DNA from: Gracilinanus agilis
Taxonomy: Eukaryota
Direction of reading: 5' to 3'
Assembly (NCBI RefSeq): GCF_016433145.1
Contig: NC_058130.1
Location: forward strand, 149,589,596-149,653,595
Length of the DNA: 64,000 nucleotides
This document shows, piece by piece, positions 61,981 to 64,000 of the stretch (its first letter is position 1; each line of letters opens with the position of its first letter). Below the pieces are notes generated by a model. It ran no database searches, was not told where the DNA came from, and was given only the letters and a program-made list of their open reading frames with translations. The translations under genes and the position numbers were made by a program.

Positions 61981-64000
61981 AATTTGTCTTTCTGTTCTCC
62001 AATTCATCCAGCTACCTGATTCATAAAGCACAGTTCTGCTCATGTCACTCCTCAGATGATGAAATATAAGTGGCTCCCTAAATGCCTTTAGGACAAAATA
62101 TAAACACTTCTGTTTGGCACTTAATCTGACTTCAGTCTATCTTTTTCAGATCTATTACATATAACTCTCCTTTACACATCTACATTCCAGCCAAAGTGGC
62201 TTACTTGACTGATGTTCCCATAGACACTATAATCAGTGATCCAATTCTGTGTTTCTATACCAAGTCATACTTCATAACTGAATATTCTACCCCTTTGCCT
62301 CCTCTTTCTGGAATTCCTGGAATACCTCTATCTCAGTTTCAGTTTAAATACCATTTCCTTTTTAGAGGTCTTTTCTTTTTATCCTAACTGTTAATATTTA
62401 TTAAAGCTTCCCCCCAAATGCTTTAACTATGTGGGTCTTATTAGAAGAAATAGATATTTCATAGCACAAACTATGCTGTGCTTCCTTAATCTTTTGATAG
62501 TACTCTTTCCTCCCCATACTCTCTATAATATCTCTTGTATAAGGGCCCATGATCTGTGCATATGGTTTCTATAACACTGAAAAGACACATGGAGAAGACA
62601 CCTTGGTTTCTCCATTCCAGGTATATTCTCTTCCCAATTAGATCATAAATCCTTTGAGGGCAAAGAGCTTATTTCATTCACTTCTAAAATCACTCCTTGC
62701 CACCTATTCCTTGCATCATTGCCTAGCATAGTATTTTCCACACTGATGAGGACTGGTCCTCTTGATGTTATTGATCTATGTGACTTTATGGTGAAAAAAA
62801 ACTCTCTCTAACAATGCAGGTTGACAAATTCTCTACAATTTATAGTTTTAGAGAGTTGTCTAGAGCAATGAGAAACAAAAGAAATTGTTAAAGGTAACAA
62901 ATAATGGTCAAAAGTAGGACTTGAACTCTTGTCTTACTGGTTTTAAAGCCAACTTTCTCCATTATACTATGAGGCTTCTGACAGCTTAAGAAATATTTGT
63001 TTGATTTAACTGAACTTAAATAACTATGTTGTTTTCCTGAATTCAAACAAAATTATATTTGTTACACAATATAATGTAATAAGTTCCAAGTAATTGGGCC
63101 TCAGGGGCCCTGATCATGAAGTATAACAAAGTTTTCACTCTGTATATATCCAAGGCACAACTTTAAATTTCCTTAGAGACAAAGTAATCTCTAAGTACAG
63201 AAAGAGATTTAAATTGCTTTCTAGAATCTGTGACTGATTCTTTTGTGATTTGGAGGGCTGCTACTATGGGATCAGGACAGTGGTTCCCATTGTGTCTCTT
63301 GGCCAAATGAAATTTAGTTAAAAACAATCTACTTTCTTCCTTTATTTCCTATCCCTGAGCAACCTATACTTCCTTCAGTTCATTACAGTTGGAATAATTC
63401 TATTTTGGCACAATTTGAAAATTATTTCTAACAAAACTTAAAATTCAAATGTAAATAAGACCATAAAATTCTGAAGCAACATATTTTTCCATTAAAACTA
63501 ATTTTTGGTAACCCATCATCACTCTAAAGGAGCTTCCTTGTAGGAGGCAATCAGTTACTTGAGAAAGAAAATCAAGACAAAGCAATCTGCACTGTGTTGA
63601 AGTCTAAGAGGAAAGACAATCTCCCAACAAGAGGTAAATGGCTATAAAGACTAAAGACATAATCACTCAATATTCTGGTTCATAGAGATCAGTAAGGCTA
63701 AGCCTTTCTCTTTGTGTATGGACTTTTTCTTGATGCAAAGTGATTCTTGGACAAAATTGCAGATTCTTAGCTAGATCATCTAGACAGAGGGACAAGAGGG
63801 AGTGAGAAAATAAAAAAGTCAAAATTCTATAGAAAAAAGGAATGTACAAACTGAACAAAGATGAAGAACTAGGCCACTAATTTACACTTGCAGGAATTAA
63901 TACCCAAGTAAGGCCTGGAAATCCTGTTTTCACAGAGTATGGAGAGAATGATAAATATGGGAAAATTCATTAAATTATACAATATTTGTATTGCTCCCAT

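Overview
AT-rich marsupial genomic DNA, most likely a didelphid opossum (inferred from the SINE, Mar1/MIR, L1, RTE and hAT repertoire). The window holds part of an OR13-family olfactory receptor cluster. There are four intact single-exon OR ORFs: 750-1691(-) OR13D1-like, the near-twins 8341-9282(-) and 29291-30229(-), and 52431-53384(+) OR13C-like. Three OR fragments are also present: one cut by an assembly N, one cut by an LTR after 33 codons, and a 3' half-gene 2 kb upstream of the OR13C-like gene. The left 46 kb is an old tandem duplication (about 21 kb offset, about 90% identical by eye). Each copy has since gained its own hAT MITEs, solo LTRs, SINEs and L1s, many with exact target-site duplications and an empty site in the other copy. 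Short tracts of much higher identity point to gene conversion over a predicted OR promoter/5'UTR module, over the 5' half of the twin ORs, and over the front of the half-gene. A decayed processed pseudogene of cellular dUTPase (DUT) lies antisense about 260 bp upstream of the OR13C-like start codon. Nearly all other short ORFs in the track are L1/LTR/SINE-derived or antisense shadows. All mismatch counts are hand counts; no database searches were run.
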